A stretch of DNA of 64,000 bases from a virus, in the IMG/VR virus record IMGVR_UViG_3300035092_000015, positions 1 through 64,000 of that record; one strand, 5' to 3'. The translations under genes were made by a program, and so were the position numbers. Each line of letters opens with the position of its first letter. Within the stretch, counting starts at the first letter, position 1. The notes beneath the pieces are model-generated. The model worked only from the letters and a program-made list of their open reading frames with translations, made no database searches and was not told the origin of the DNA. This document shows, one piece after another, positions 47,473 to 56,077 of the stretch.

Positions 47473-47979
47473 GTGACCCAGCCCGACGACCGGCTGTACC
47501 AAGACCTGCGGCAGGCGTTGAACCGCAACAGCGCCGAGAACGGCAGCAACACCCCCGACTTCATCCTGGCCGAATACCTGCAGTCTTGCCTGCGGGCGTT
47601 CGACCACGCTGTGCGGACCCGGGCGTCCGCGACCCAGTTGAGCCCGCTGGACCCGAACCCCGGGTCGACCCTGTTCGCGCGTTTCGACCCTGTCGAGCAG
47701 CCACTGGCTGTCCTCCCGGGGATCCAGACGCTGCTCGAGCAGCACGTCAAAGCTGTGGAGGAGTTGCTGCGGACGGCGGCGTGTGCGGTGTGCGGCGACC
47801 CTGCGGTCATGCTGATGCAGACCAAGCCGGCGCGGATCGGGTTCCGCCGGGATGCGACGGACGACCTGGCGTTGAGGATCACGGAGGAGGTCCGGCCGTT
47901 GTGCGCCGCCCACTCAGACACACCGATCCAGACGCCGGACGTCCCGTCTGACCCGTACCTGTGGGAGTCCGGGACATGA
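47473..47979 (+). CDS. Hypothetical phage protein
   Basis: AAGGAG RBS, LNRNSAENGSNTPDFILAEYL motif. Confidence 0.6.
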   Translation: MTQPDDRLYQDLRQALNRNSAENGSNTPDFILAEYLQSCLRAFDHAVRTRASATQLSPLDPNPGSTLFARFDPVEQPLAVLPGIQTLLEQHVKAVEELLRTAACAVCGDPAVMLMQTKPARIGFRRDATDDLALRITEEVRPLCAAHSDTPIQTPDVPSDPYLWESGT

Positions 47980-48154
47980 CCGGCAAGATCCCAGAGAGCG
48001 TCTTCATCGACGCCAACCGGGCCCGCAACAGCGAAGTGCACGGGCTGAACAACGGCGGGCTCGAGCGTCTGATCGTCATCGGCGCCCGCGAACGCGGATT
48101 CCGCGCCGCCGTCGCCGCCGCCTACCGCGCCGGCCAGGCCAGTACAATAGACCC

Positions 48155-49072
48155 ATGCACCCACACGTGTGGAACCCCCGGCTGCACCCCCGCGACCGGA
48201 TCGGCCAGTTCACCGACACACCCGGCAGCGGGTCGTGGCTCTCCCGGGCTGCCGAGCAGGCCCGGCGCGGGTTCACCGACGCCGAGCTTGCACAGCGCGA
48301 GCAGGACGTCAACGACCTGATCGCCGGGAGCCGCCATCTGGACACCCACCGGGTGCACAAACCGAACGGACGCTGGTCCGACGAACGGGCCGCCGCTCAC
48401 CGGGAGATCTTGGACAGGGTGTGGGCGGAGAAAGCCACCCGGGTGCCGAACGAACACCGGGCGGTGATGACCGGCGGGTTGATGGGCGCCGGAAAGACCA
48501 CCGTCCTAGCCGGACACCCCGAGATCGACATGTCCGACTACCTGATGGTGTCGGCCGACGACATGAAAGAGGAGATCATCCGCCACGGTCTGGTCCCGCG
48601 CATCCCGGGCGCCGAACACCTGTCGCCGATGGAGCTGTCGGCGATGTACCACGTCGAATCGGCCTACCTGGCGGACGCACTGGCCGAACGCGCCTACGCC
48701 GAAGGGAAGAACGTGATCCTGGATGCGTCGATGGGCGACCGGACTGCCCCGGCGGCGCGGCTGGCGCGGCTGCGCGACATGGGCTACCAGGTCCGGGGGG
48801 TGTTCGTCGACATCCCGGTCGAGACGAGCCTGCAACGGGCGTCGGCCCGGTACCGGTCGGGGATGCAGCAGTGGGGCAGCGGTACCGGCCCGGGCGGGCG
48901 GACGATCCCTCCGGCGTTGATCGAGGGGCAACGCGGCCCGGGTGGGATGACGAAGAACCGGGTGGTGTTCGACCAGCTGCGCGAGGAGGGGTTGTTCGGG
49001 GCGGGGTGGGAGGTACACGACAACACCGGGTCGGCGCCGGTGCTGTTGAAGCGCGGAGGAATACAGACGTGA
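48155..49072 (+). CDS. Zeta-toxin family P-loop kinase with N-terminal HPR leader
   Basis: GGLMGAGKTT, SADDMK, HVESAYLA, NVILDAS, RASAR, GGRTIP, DN. N-terminus WNPRLHPRDRIGQF. Confidence 0.85.
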   Translation: MHPHVWNPRLHPRDRIGQFTDTPGSGSWLSRAAEQARRGFTDAELAQREQDVNDLIAGSRHLDTHRVHKPNGRWSDERAAAHREILDRVWAEKATRVPNEHRAVMTGGLMGAGKTTVLAGHPEIDMSDYLMVSADDMKEEIIRHGLVPRIPGAEHLSPMELSAMYHVESAYLADALAERAYAEGKNVILDASMGDRTAPAARLARLRDMGYQVRGVFVDIPVETSLQRASARYRSGMQQWGSGTGPGGRTIPPALIEGQRGPGGMTKNRVVFDQLREEGLFGAGWEVHDNTGSAPVLLKRGGIQT

Positions 49073-49105
49073 CACGGAGCGTTGCACTTAGAGGAGGAGT
49101 GTCGC

Positions 49106-49372
49106 ATGGGCAGCAGCAGGACGGTGCAGCAACTGGTGGACGATCTCGCATCTGGCAGGATCAACCTGGATCTGGCGGTGAGGGATTTTGGGACCCGCCG
49201 TTGGCCCGGCCCGGCGCCGGAGACCGCGCAGCAGCGGCACGGGGTGCACGACGCGGACCTGCCCGACCCGAACAGTATCGATTGGGTGCAGGTGAGCCCC
49301 GGGCTGTCAGACGAGCAGCGTCGCGCGTTGCTGCGCGTGTACGACCAGCGTACGTCCCGCTCTGGGCGTTGA
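49106..49372 (+). CDS. Small protein, candidate zeta antitoxin/partner
   Basis: GAGGAGGAG RBS, immediately downstream of zeta gene. Confidence 0.5.
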   Translation: MGSSRTVQQLVDDLASGRINLDLAVRDFGTRRWPGPAPETAQQRHGVHDADLPDPNSIDWVQVSPGLSDEQRRALLRVYDQRTSRSGR

Positions 49373-49611
49373 TCGCGGTCCGCGAGCTGTGTTTCGCGGT
49401 GATGGTCGCGGCGTGTGGGTGGTTGGCGGTGTATGCGGTCTGGCCGTGGTCGCCGTTGCCGGCGCTGCTGGTGTTGTGGTTGGGGACGCAGGTGGTGCCG
49501 TGGTTCCGGCGGCTGTCCCACCCCCGCCGCCCCCGGGTTGCACCCGAGGTGTCACCTGTGGTACAATGGTGGGGTAAGGGACAACTACAGAGAGGACCCT
49601 GCAATGAGTGA
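49369..49611 (+). CDS. Small membrane protein
   Basis: TTGA coupling, two TM segments. Confidence 0.4.
   Translation: MIAVRELCFAVMVAACGWLAVYAVWPWSPLPALLVLWLGTQVVPWFRRLSHPRRPRVAPEVSPVVQWWGKGQLQRGPCNE
49538..49567 (+). promoter_or_regulatory. Promoter/operator
   Basis: TTGCAC-N18-TACAAT with GTGTCA half-site, near-duplicate of 50140-50169. Confidence 0.75.
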
Positions 49612-49903
49612 GAGCCAGGGCTACAGCGCCCCCGACGCCACCTCGCCCGAGTACCGGGCAGGCTGGGCCGCCGAGAGCGCCAGCCAGGCAACGACTCTGG
49701 TCGGAGAGGATCTGGACGACGATGAGCTGGGCATGTTCGCCAGCCGGCTGCTGGGATGGCTGCGCAGTCAGCCGGACGTGATCAGCGCCGAGATCGTGAT
49801 GGACACCGGCAAGGACGACCGCAAGACCAGCGCCGACATCATCCTCGGGGTGGATGTCGCCGCGATCGGCGGAGTCAGCATGACGATGAACATCACCCCG
49901 TGA
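49604..49903 (+). CDS. Acidic hypothetical protein
   Basis: AGAGGA RBS, own promoter and terminator. Confidence 0.6.
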   Translation: MSESQGYSAPDATSPEYRAGWAAESASQATTLVGEDLDDDELGMFASRLLGWLRSQPDVISAEIVMDTGKDDRKTSADIILGVDVAAIGGVSMTMNITP

Positions 49904-49925
49904 CCTTGTTCCCTCTCTGATGGGC

Positions 49926-49968
49926 CCGGCCCCCCGGCGCGACGACGCCCGGGGGGCCGGTGCTTTTC
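49926..49968 (+). terminator. Intrinsic terminator
   Basis: CCGGCCCCCCGG...CCGGGGGGCCGG followed by TGCTTTTC. Confidence 0.65.
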
Positions 49969-49970
49969 TC

Positions 49971-50041
49971 GGCTGCTTAGCTCAACGGCAGAGCAGGCGT
50001 CTCTAACACGCCGGTTGCGGGTCCGACTCCCGCCGCAGCCT
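49971..50041 (+). tRNA. tRNA with CUA anticodon (putative amber suppressor), no encoded CCA
   Basis: Acceptor GGCTGC/GCAGCC, T8A9, D stem GCTC/GAGC, anticodon stem GGCGT/ACGCC with loop CT-CTA-AC, T stem GCGGG/CCCGC with loop TCCGACT. Confidence 0.7.
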
Positions 50042-50139
50042 CGCACCGCGCGTGGCCCGGACAGCCGGGTAACGCGGCGGGTCAGGGCGCCGGGCTGGCT
50101 GGGCGCCTTGTCGACTTGGCCCGCCGGGGCCACGAGCGG

Positions 50140-50169
50140 TTGCACGCGAGGTGTCACCTGTGATATAAT
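50140..50169 (+). promoter_or_regulatory. Promoter/operator
   Basis: TTGCAC-N18-TATAAT with GTGTCA half-site. Confidence 0.8.
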
Positions 50170-50228
50170 GGAGGTGCCCGGCCGGACGTCGGTCGGGCGG
50201 GTTGGCAACTCCAGAGAGGGAGAACAGG

Positions 50229-50633
50229 ATGTCTGTGACAGTGGGCGCAGGAGCCACCGAACAGGGCCGCGACTGGAAGATCATCCAGGGTGACCGGCCG
50301 CAGAGTGGCGCCTACGACAACCACGTCTGGCAGGAGTTCGCCGGGCTGGCCATCGAGGTGGGCGGCTACAGCGACCTGACTGCCATCGACCCCTACAGCG
50401 GGCGCAGGTTCTGGCTGGGCGACGCCTACCGGTGCAACACGCACACGGCGATGCTGAAAGCCGCCAAGCCCGGCGAGGAGGCTCTCGCGGTCTACCAGGC
50501 GTCACACGAGTGCGGCGACTGCGGCGGCACGATGATCGCCGCGATCCGCCGGCTGTTGGACGCGATGGAGGCCGTCGGGTTCCCCGGCGAGCCGGCCGAC
50601 GAGCCCCGCAGGGCGAACGTGGCCAGCGCCTGA
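50229..50633 (+). CDS. Hypothetical protein with C/H motifs
   Basis: GAGGGAG RBS, CNTH...HECGDC. Confidence 0.6.
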   Translation: MSVTVGAGATEQGRDWKIIQGDRPQSGAYDNHVWQEFAGLAIEVGGYSDLTAIDPYSGRRFWLGDAYRCNTHTAMLKAAKPGEEALAVYQASHECGDCGGTMIAAIRRLLDAMEAVGFPGEPADEPRRANVASA

Positions 50634-50644
50634 CCAACCCAACA

Positions 50645-50676
50645 CGACGCCCCCCAGGGCAACCTGGGGGGCGTCG
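50645..50676. terminator. Hairpin between convergent genes
   Basis: CGACGCCCCCCAGG-GCAA-CCTGGGGGGCGTCG, GNRA loop. Confidence 0.7.
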
Positions 50677-50678
50677 CC

Positions 50679-50825
50679 CTATCCGGGGATGTGTTCGATC
50701 AGCACCGCGACCACAAACGCACAGAACCCGCCCCAACCCAGCCGCTCCGGGATCAACCCGAACGCAGCCAGCCCCGACAGGACCAACGCCAACAGCAGGA
50801 ACAGCAAAACCAACACGGTTGCCAT
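50679..50825 (-). CDS. 48-aa hydrophobic membrane peptide (not in ORF track)
   Basis: MATVLVLLFLLLALVLSGLAAFGLIPERLGWGGFCAFVVAVLIEHIPG, ending at the hairpin. Confidence 0.45.
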   Translation of the reverse strand: MATVLVLLFLLLALVLSGLAAFGLIPERLGWGGFCAFVVAVLIEHIPG

Positions 50826-50910
50826 ACCGGGTGTTTACCCACCGCGACCCCCGGGCATGCTACCATCGGGTAGCCAGGGTCGCGATGACCCCTGGATAGG
50901 GAGAGTCGAG

Positions 50911-51447
50911 ATGACCAAACCCGCCGAAGGTAAACGGCTAAGCGGCAACCCCGTCGGGATCCGGGTCAGCCCCAACAAAGACAGCCTCATCGCCCGCCGG
51001 ATCCGCGCGGTTGAACTGCGCGTCCAAGGCATGACCCTCAACCAGGTCTCCCAGGCCACCGGCGTCAACCCACGGACCGTCCGGATCGACATCGACACGG
51101 TGTTGCGCGAGCGGGACGCGGAGACCATCCCGAAGCTGCGCGCGCTGGAAGAGGAACGGCTCGACCTGGCCGTCCGGACCGCGACCGCGATCATCGAAGC
51201 CCACCCCGGGACTGAACTGGCGTTGAAGGCCGTCGACCGGTTGATCCGGGCATCGGCCCGCCGCGCCGGGCTGCTCGGGTTGGACGCCCCGGTGGAGTTG
51301 AACATCCGCAGCACCGAGGTGACCCAGGCAGACCTCGAGTTGGACGAGCTGATCCGGGAGGCGCAGGCACGTAACGCGAACACCCGGGAACAGCTGATCG
51401 CGCAGGCAGGCGGTGGCGGTGACGACACGGCAACCCCGGTGGCCTAA
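50911..51447 (+). CDS. Terminase small subunit (HTH type)
   Basis: AVELRVQGMT HTH, LEEERLD, RRAGLLGLDAP, upstream of TerL. Confidence 0.7.
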   Translation: MTKPAEGKRLSGNPVGIRVSPNKDSLIARRIRAVELRVQGMTLNQVSQATGVNPRTVRIDIDTVLRERDAETIPKLRALEEERLDLAVRTATAIIEAHPGTELALKAVDRLIRASARRAGLLGLDAPVELNIRSTEVTQADLELDELIREAQARNANTREQLIAQAGGGGDDTATPVA

Positions 51448-51943
51448 GGGTACGCCGTGGCAGCGGCAGGGACCTGGCCCGGGACGTTGGGCTGAGCAGC
51501 TGTCGGCGCAGCTGCCCGGCCACGTCGAAGAGCCTGACTACCGGGGGGTGCACCAACCACCCGACCCCCGTGGCGCCGACACCGTGATGCGGCTGGACGA
51601 CCTCGAAGCTGACATGCCCGACGTGTACGAACACCCCGAATACTACCTGTCCAGAGAAACCGAGGGCTGGCGGGAAGCAGTCCGCGCGATGCGCGCCGTC
51701 CGGGGCCGACCCGACGCTACGATCACAATCTACCGGGCCGCACCGCCCGAGGCGGGGGCGATCAACCCCGGCGACTGGGTCAGCACCAGCCGGGCCTACG
51801 CCGCGACCCACGGTAGACACGCCCACGACCCCGCCCAGGACTGGCCGGTCATCTCGATGCAGGTTCCGGTCAGGGACGTGTACTGGGGCGGGAACGACTT
51901 CACGGAGTTCGGGTACTGGCCCGGTGTTGAGGAACGGCCGTGA
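51413..51943 (+). CDS. ADP-ribosyltransferase-fold protein with QPR leader
   Basis: IYRA...PGDWVSTSRAYA..HG...TEFGY (R-S-E-like). N-terminus QPRWPKGTP...GRWAEQLS. Confidence 0.55.
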   Translation: MAVTTRQPRWPKGTPWQRQGPGPGRWAEQLSAQLPGHVEEPDYRGVHQPPDPRGADTVMRLDDLEADMPDVYEHPEYYLSRETEGWREAVRAMRAVRGRPDATITIYRAAPPEAGAINPGDWVSTSRAYAATHGRHAHDPAQDWPVISMQVPVRDVYWGGNDFTEFGYWPGVEERP

Positions 51944-53559
51944 CTGCCGTTCTGCCTGGGCTCGAGCTTGAGCTTGACGCCCCGCCGCTGCCCTGGATCA
52001 CCGACCCGTACCACCCCGAGGTCAACGCTGAGAACTTCGACCTGTACGGGTATCTGGCCCAGTTCGACCCCAGGCTGTTCACCCACAGCCGAGGCCGGCG
52101 TGAGATCACCCGGTACGACCCGATCCTGTTCGCGATCGTTTACTTCCCGCACCACATCCGCACCGACGGGCGGATCTCATTCGCCGACCCGCATTTCCAG
52201 TGGGCCGGCGCCGCCCGACGGTGGATCGTCCCCGCCGGGCTGAAGCAAGACCGGCACGCCTACGTCGCCCCCCGCGACACCGGCAAGTCGACCTGGTGGT
52301 TCCTGCTGCTGCCGATGTGGGCCGCCGCGCACGGGCACATCAAGTTCGCCGCCGCGTTCGCCCACTCCGGCACCCAATCCGAGACCCACCTGCACGCGTT
52401 CCGCTCGGAACTGGCCGAGAACCAACGGCTGCGGCAGGACTACCCCGACCTGTGCACCCCCGCCAGGAAGCCGAACGGGAAAACCACCGCCGACAACATC
52501 CAGATGTTGCGAACCAAGGCCAACTTTGCGTTCGCTGCGCGTGGGGTGGACGCGGCGAACCTCGGGTTGAAGGAGAAAGACACCCGCCCCGACCTGATCC
52601 TGCTGGACGACGTCGAACCGGACGAAGCCTCGTACAGCCAGTACCAGATGGAGAAACGACGCGGGACCATCATCGAGGCGATCCTGCCGATGAACCTGCG
52701 CGCCCATGTCGTGCTGGTCGGGACCGTCACCATGCCCGGCAGTATCGTCCACCAGCTGGTCGCAGTCGCGAGAGGCGACACCGAGGTCGAAGCGTGGGTC
52801 GGGGAGGAGAACTTCGCCCCGCACCACGCCCTGCCGATCTGTCTACGCGACGACGGGACCGAACGAAGCATCTGGCCCGCGAAATGGCCCCTGTCGTTCC
52901 TGATCTCGATCCGCCGGACCCGATCCTACCTGAAGAACTTCGCCAACGACCCGATGGGCACCGAGGGCGGGTATTGGACGTTGGAAGATTTCACCTACGG
53001 CGAACTGGGCAACCCGACCCGCTGGTTCCTCGCGTTGGACCCGACGATCACCACGAAAACCCGCTCCGACCCGGCCGGGGTCGCGGTCATCTCCTATGCC
53101 CCCGGCTATGTGATCCCGGCCGAGTCGCCGCGCAGGCTGCCGGCGAAGGTCCCGAGCCGGTGTCTGGTGGAGTTCGCAGCGGAGGTGAAGCTGGTCGGGG
53201 AGGGTCTGCGCCGGTACCTGTTGAAGGTCTTGCAGCGGTACCCGAGGGTCAAGGCGATCATCGTCGAAGGCAACCAGGGCGGGGAGAACTGGCACGCGAT
53301 CCTGCACGATATGCCGGTCCGGGTGGTTGTCGTGTGGTCGGAGGAGAAGAAGGAGGTCCGGGCGGCGAACCTGCTGGAGCTGTACCAACACAACCCGCCG
53401 AGGGTCCTGCACCCGGAGCCTGGGGCGGTGGTGGCGCTGGAGCAGCAGATGGCGTCTTTCCCCCGGGGCAAGGACGACATGGTGGACGCGGTCGGGTCGG
53501 TGTGTCTGCGTGTCCTGGGGAAGCCGCCGAAGAAGGGCCAGACGTTCTTCCCGGTCTGA
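51940..53559 (+). CDS. terL: Terminase large subunit
   Basis: APRDTGKST Walker A, LILLDD Walker B, VGT, LALDP, VEGNQGG, DDMVDA. Confidence 0.9.
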   Translation: MTAVLPGLELELDAPPLPWITDPYHPEVNAENFDLYGYLAQFDPRLFTHSRGRREITRYDPILFAIVYFPHHIRTDGRISFADPHFQWAGAARRWIVPAGLKQDRHAYVAPRDTGKSTWWFLLLPMWAAAHGHIKFAAAFAHSGTQSETHLHAFRSELAENQRLRQDYPDLCTPARKPNGKTTADNIQMLRTKANFAFAARGVDAANLGLKEKDTRPDLILLDDVEPDEASYSQYQMEKRRGTIIEAILPMNLRAHVVLVGTVTMPGSIVHQLVAVARGDTEVEAWVGEENFAPHHALPICLRDDGTERSIWPAKWPLSFLISIRRTRSYLKNFANDPMGTEGGYWTLEDFTYGELGNPTRWFLALDPTITTKTRSDPAGVAVISYAPGYVIPAESPRRLPAKVPSRCLVEFAAEVKLVGEGLRRYLLKVLQRYPRVKAIIVEGNQGGENWHAILHDMPVRVVVVWSEEKKEVRAANLLELYQHNPPRVLHPEPGAVVALEQQMASFPRGKDDMVDAVGSVCLRVLGKPPKKGQTFFPV

Positions 53560-53594
53560 TACCCTGGTCGTAACCGACAGAGAGGGGGCCGGCG

Positions 53595-55604
53595 TTGACC
53601 AGAGCGCTCACCCCGGCCCACGCCGCCCAGCTGCAGGTCGGAACCATGACCACCGCCGGCTACGGCACCCCCGCCCTGGTCAACCCCGGCAACCCGGTGG
53701 AGATCACAGTCACCCCCGACAGCGACGGCGACGGACAGCACCTCGATACTGGCGCCACCGGGCTGTTGATGCGCAGCCTCGCCGAACTGGACGCCGCCCG
53801 CCCCGAATACGCCCTAGCGGACGAGATGTACGACGGGACCGTCGAAGAACTGCACGTATCCGACGCCATCGCCCGGCTGCTGGCACAATCCGGCGTGAAC
53901 AACATCGAAAACCTGAACTACGCGAAAGTCCCAGTCGACACCATCGCCGAGAAGCTGCAGATCCGCGCGATCACAGTCTCTGCCGGCGACCTGGCCGAGG
54001 ACGACAGCCACGACCCCGACCGGGAGATCGGCGAAGCCGACCGCGACATCGAAGACGACCCTGAGGTCGACGAGCAGAAAGAAATCAGCAGTCACGCGCA
54101 GGAGCTGCTGGACGAGATCCGCAAACGCAACCAGCTCGACGCGGAAGAACCCGAGCTGATGAAAACCTGCTCCCGCTACGGCGAAGGCTACCTGTTCGTC
54201 TGGCCGGTGGTGGCCGACCCGGAAGGCTACGAAGAAGCCTCACCGCTCGAGCCGGACCAACCCGCCCGGATCGTCGGGGTTGACATGTTCGTCAACAGCC
54301 CGTACACCACCCGGGCGTACTACGACGCGGAGAACCCGCTGCGGATGACCCACGTCCTGAAATCGTGGGAGTGGTACGACGAGGCCAACGACGCCGACCG
54401 GCTCCGCGCCACCCTGTACTTCCCCGACCGGATCGAACGTTGGGTGGTCAAGCTGCAGGGCGACCAGGCCCGCCGCGAAGACTGGGAGCACTACGTCGAG
54501 GGCGACGAGCAGTGGCCGTTGGACAACCCGACCGGCGAGATCCCGTTCTTCCACCTGCGCAACGCCCGCCCCTACGGCGTGCCCGAACACCGGGCAGCGT
54601 ACGGGCCGCAACGGTTGATCAACAAACTGGTCAGCACCCACGCGGCGACGATCGACTTCCAGGGCTGGCCGCAGCGGTACTTCCTGATCGACCCTAAAGC
54701 CGACGACCCGATGATGAACCTGCTCGACCCGGACAACCCCGAGGACGATGGGGACGACCCGGAAGGCAGCGGACGCAGCCCGTTCCGGGCCGACCCGGCA
54801 GCGGTGTGGAAGATGTTCGCCAGCGCGGTCGGGCAGTTCCAGGCCGCCGACCCGCAAGTGTTCATGGCGCCGCTGGACCGGTACATCAAGTCGATCTCCG
54901 AACTGTGCGGGATCCCGCTGGACCGGTTCGTCGGGTATTCGACCCCGCCGTCGGGGGAGTCGCGGAAGGCCGCGAACGAACCGCTGTACGAGAAGGCCGG
55001 GTCGCGGCAGGACTCGTACGGGCCGGTGATGGAGGACGCGTACGAGTTCGCGCTGCAGCTGCTGGGTGTGACCGATGTGACGGTCGACGTGAAATGGAAG
55101 CCGCTGCAGGTCGCGGTTGGGCTCGAGGATTGGAACATCATCCAGGCGAAGATCGGCAACGGTGTCCCGGTCCGGCAGGCGTTGATCGAAGCCGGCTACC
55201 CGGAGGACGAGGTCGACATCTGGCTGGTGGATGAGACCGGCGCGGACCTGGTCCGGCGGGTGGCGTTGTTGAACTCGATCGGGACCGCGATCCAGGCGAT
55301 GTCGGCCGGTGTCGCGGTCGGGATGGTCTCTCCGGAGCAGGCCGGCGACATCATCGCCCGGATCATTGGGGCGGTTGGGGAGAACCTGCCGCGTCTGGCG
55401 AAGCCGGTCGCGTTGCATCCGCAGATGCAGCAGATGGCGGACCAGATGCAGAAGGACGCCCGGGGTCAGCAGGTGGCTGAGCATATCGCGTCCGCGCCGC
55501 CGCAGCCGCAGTTCGACCCGGAGGGTAAGCCTATCCCGCCGCCGCCTGACCGGCCGTTGCCGCCGATGCCGCCCCCGCCGCCGCCAGTAAGGGTCGGACG
55601 ATGA
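53595..55604 (+). CDS. Portal protein (SPP1 gp6-like)
   Basis: Follows TerL. NYAKVPVD..AEKL, NPTGEIPFFH, YG.PEH, PQRY, PSGES, Pro-rich tail. Confidence 0.85.
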   Translation: MTRALTPAHAAQLQVGTMTTAGYGTPALVNPGNPVEITVTPDSDGDGQHLDTGATGLLMRSLAELDAARPEYALADEMYDGTVEELHVSDAIARLLAQSGVNNIENLNYAKVPVDTIAEKLQIRAITVSAGDLAEDDSHDPDREIGEADRDIEDDPEVDEQKEISSHAQELLDEIRKRNQLDAEEPELMKTCSRYGEGYLFVWPVVADPEGYEEASPLEPDQPARIVGVDMFVNSPYTTRAYYDAENPLRMTHVLKSWEWYDEANDADRLRATLYFPDRIERWVVKLQGDQARREDWEHYVEGDEQWPLDNPTGEIPFFHLRNARPYGVPEHRAAYGPQRLINKLVSTHAATIDFQGWPQRYFLIDPKADDPMMNLLDPDNPEDDGDDPEGSGRSPFRADPAAVWKMFASAVGQFQAADPQVFMAPLDRYIKSISELCGIPLDRFVGYSTPPSGESRKAANEPLYEKAGSRQDSYGPVMEDAYEFALQLLGVTDVTVDVKWKPLQVAVGLEDWNIIQAKIGNGVPVRQALIEAGYPEDEVDIWLVDETGADLVRRVALLNSIGTAIQAMSAGVAVGMVSPEQAGDIIARIIGAVGENLPRLAKPVALHPQMQQMADQMQKDARGQQVAEHIASAPPQPQFDPEGKPIPPPPDRPLPPMPPPPPPVRVGR

Positions 55605-56074
55605 CCTGGGGACCAAGCGACGAGCAGAAACACCCTCGCGACCGGGCTGGGCGGTGGGCCGAGAAGCTGTCCGATCTGATCGGCCAGCGCCGTTACCGTG
55701 GCATGCTCGCTGACTTGGCGGCGATGTCCGCAGACACCCCGGAGCACCGACAACAGGGGGCGGCGGCCCGCCGGGAGACGGCTGAGTGGTTGCGTGGTCT
55801 TCTGTCCGACCCGGAGTCCGGGCACGCTACGATCCCGGTCGGTGTTGGTGTCCTGCTCGACTTGGCTGACGTGATCGCGGGTGGGGAGTGGCAGGTCGCC
55901 CCGGCGTGGGGGTCGGGTGAGCCGGGCGGGGTGATCCGCCGGGTGTACACCGGCGGGCCGGGCGCCGGGTCGCTGCGGATTGAGACCGACGGGGGGAATC
56001 TGGATTTCCCGATCCCCGAGCCGTGGTCACGGGGCGAAGAGATCCGCATCCAACGCGCCTTCCGTCGGGGGTGA
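55601..56074 (+). CDS. HPR-leader protein 1
   Basis: MTWGPSDEQKHPRDRAGRWAEKLSDLI. Confidence 0.65.
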   Translation: MTWGPSDEQKHPRDRAGRWAEKLSDLIGQRRYRGMLADLAAMSADTPEHRQQGAAARRETAEWLRGLLSDPESGHATIPVGVGVLLDLADVIAGGEWQVAPAWGSGEPGGVIRRVYTGGPGAGSLRIETDGGNLDFPIPEPWSRGEEIRIQRAFRRG

Positions 56075-56077
56075 CCT

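Noticed and set aside
49971-50041. tRNA-Pyl or genome-wide amber recoding
   Set aside because: The cloverleaf is canonical (5-bp anticodon stem, standard D arm), no pyl genes are seen, recognisable genes are not interrupted by TAG, and TAG terminates several genes.
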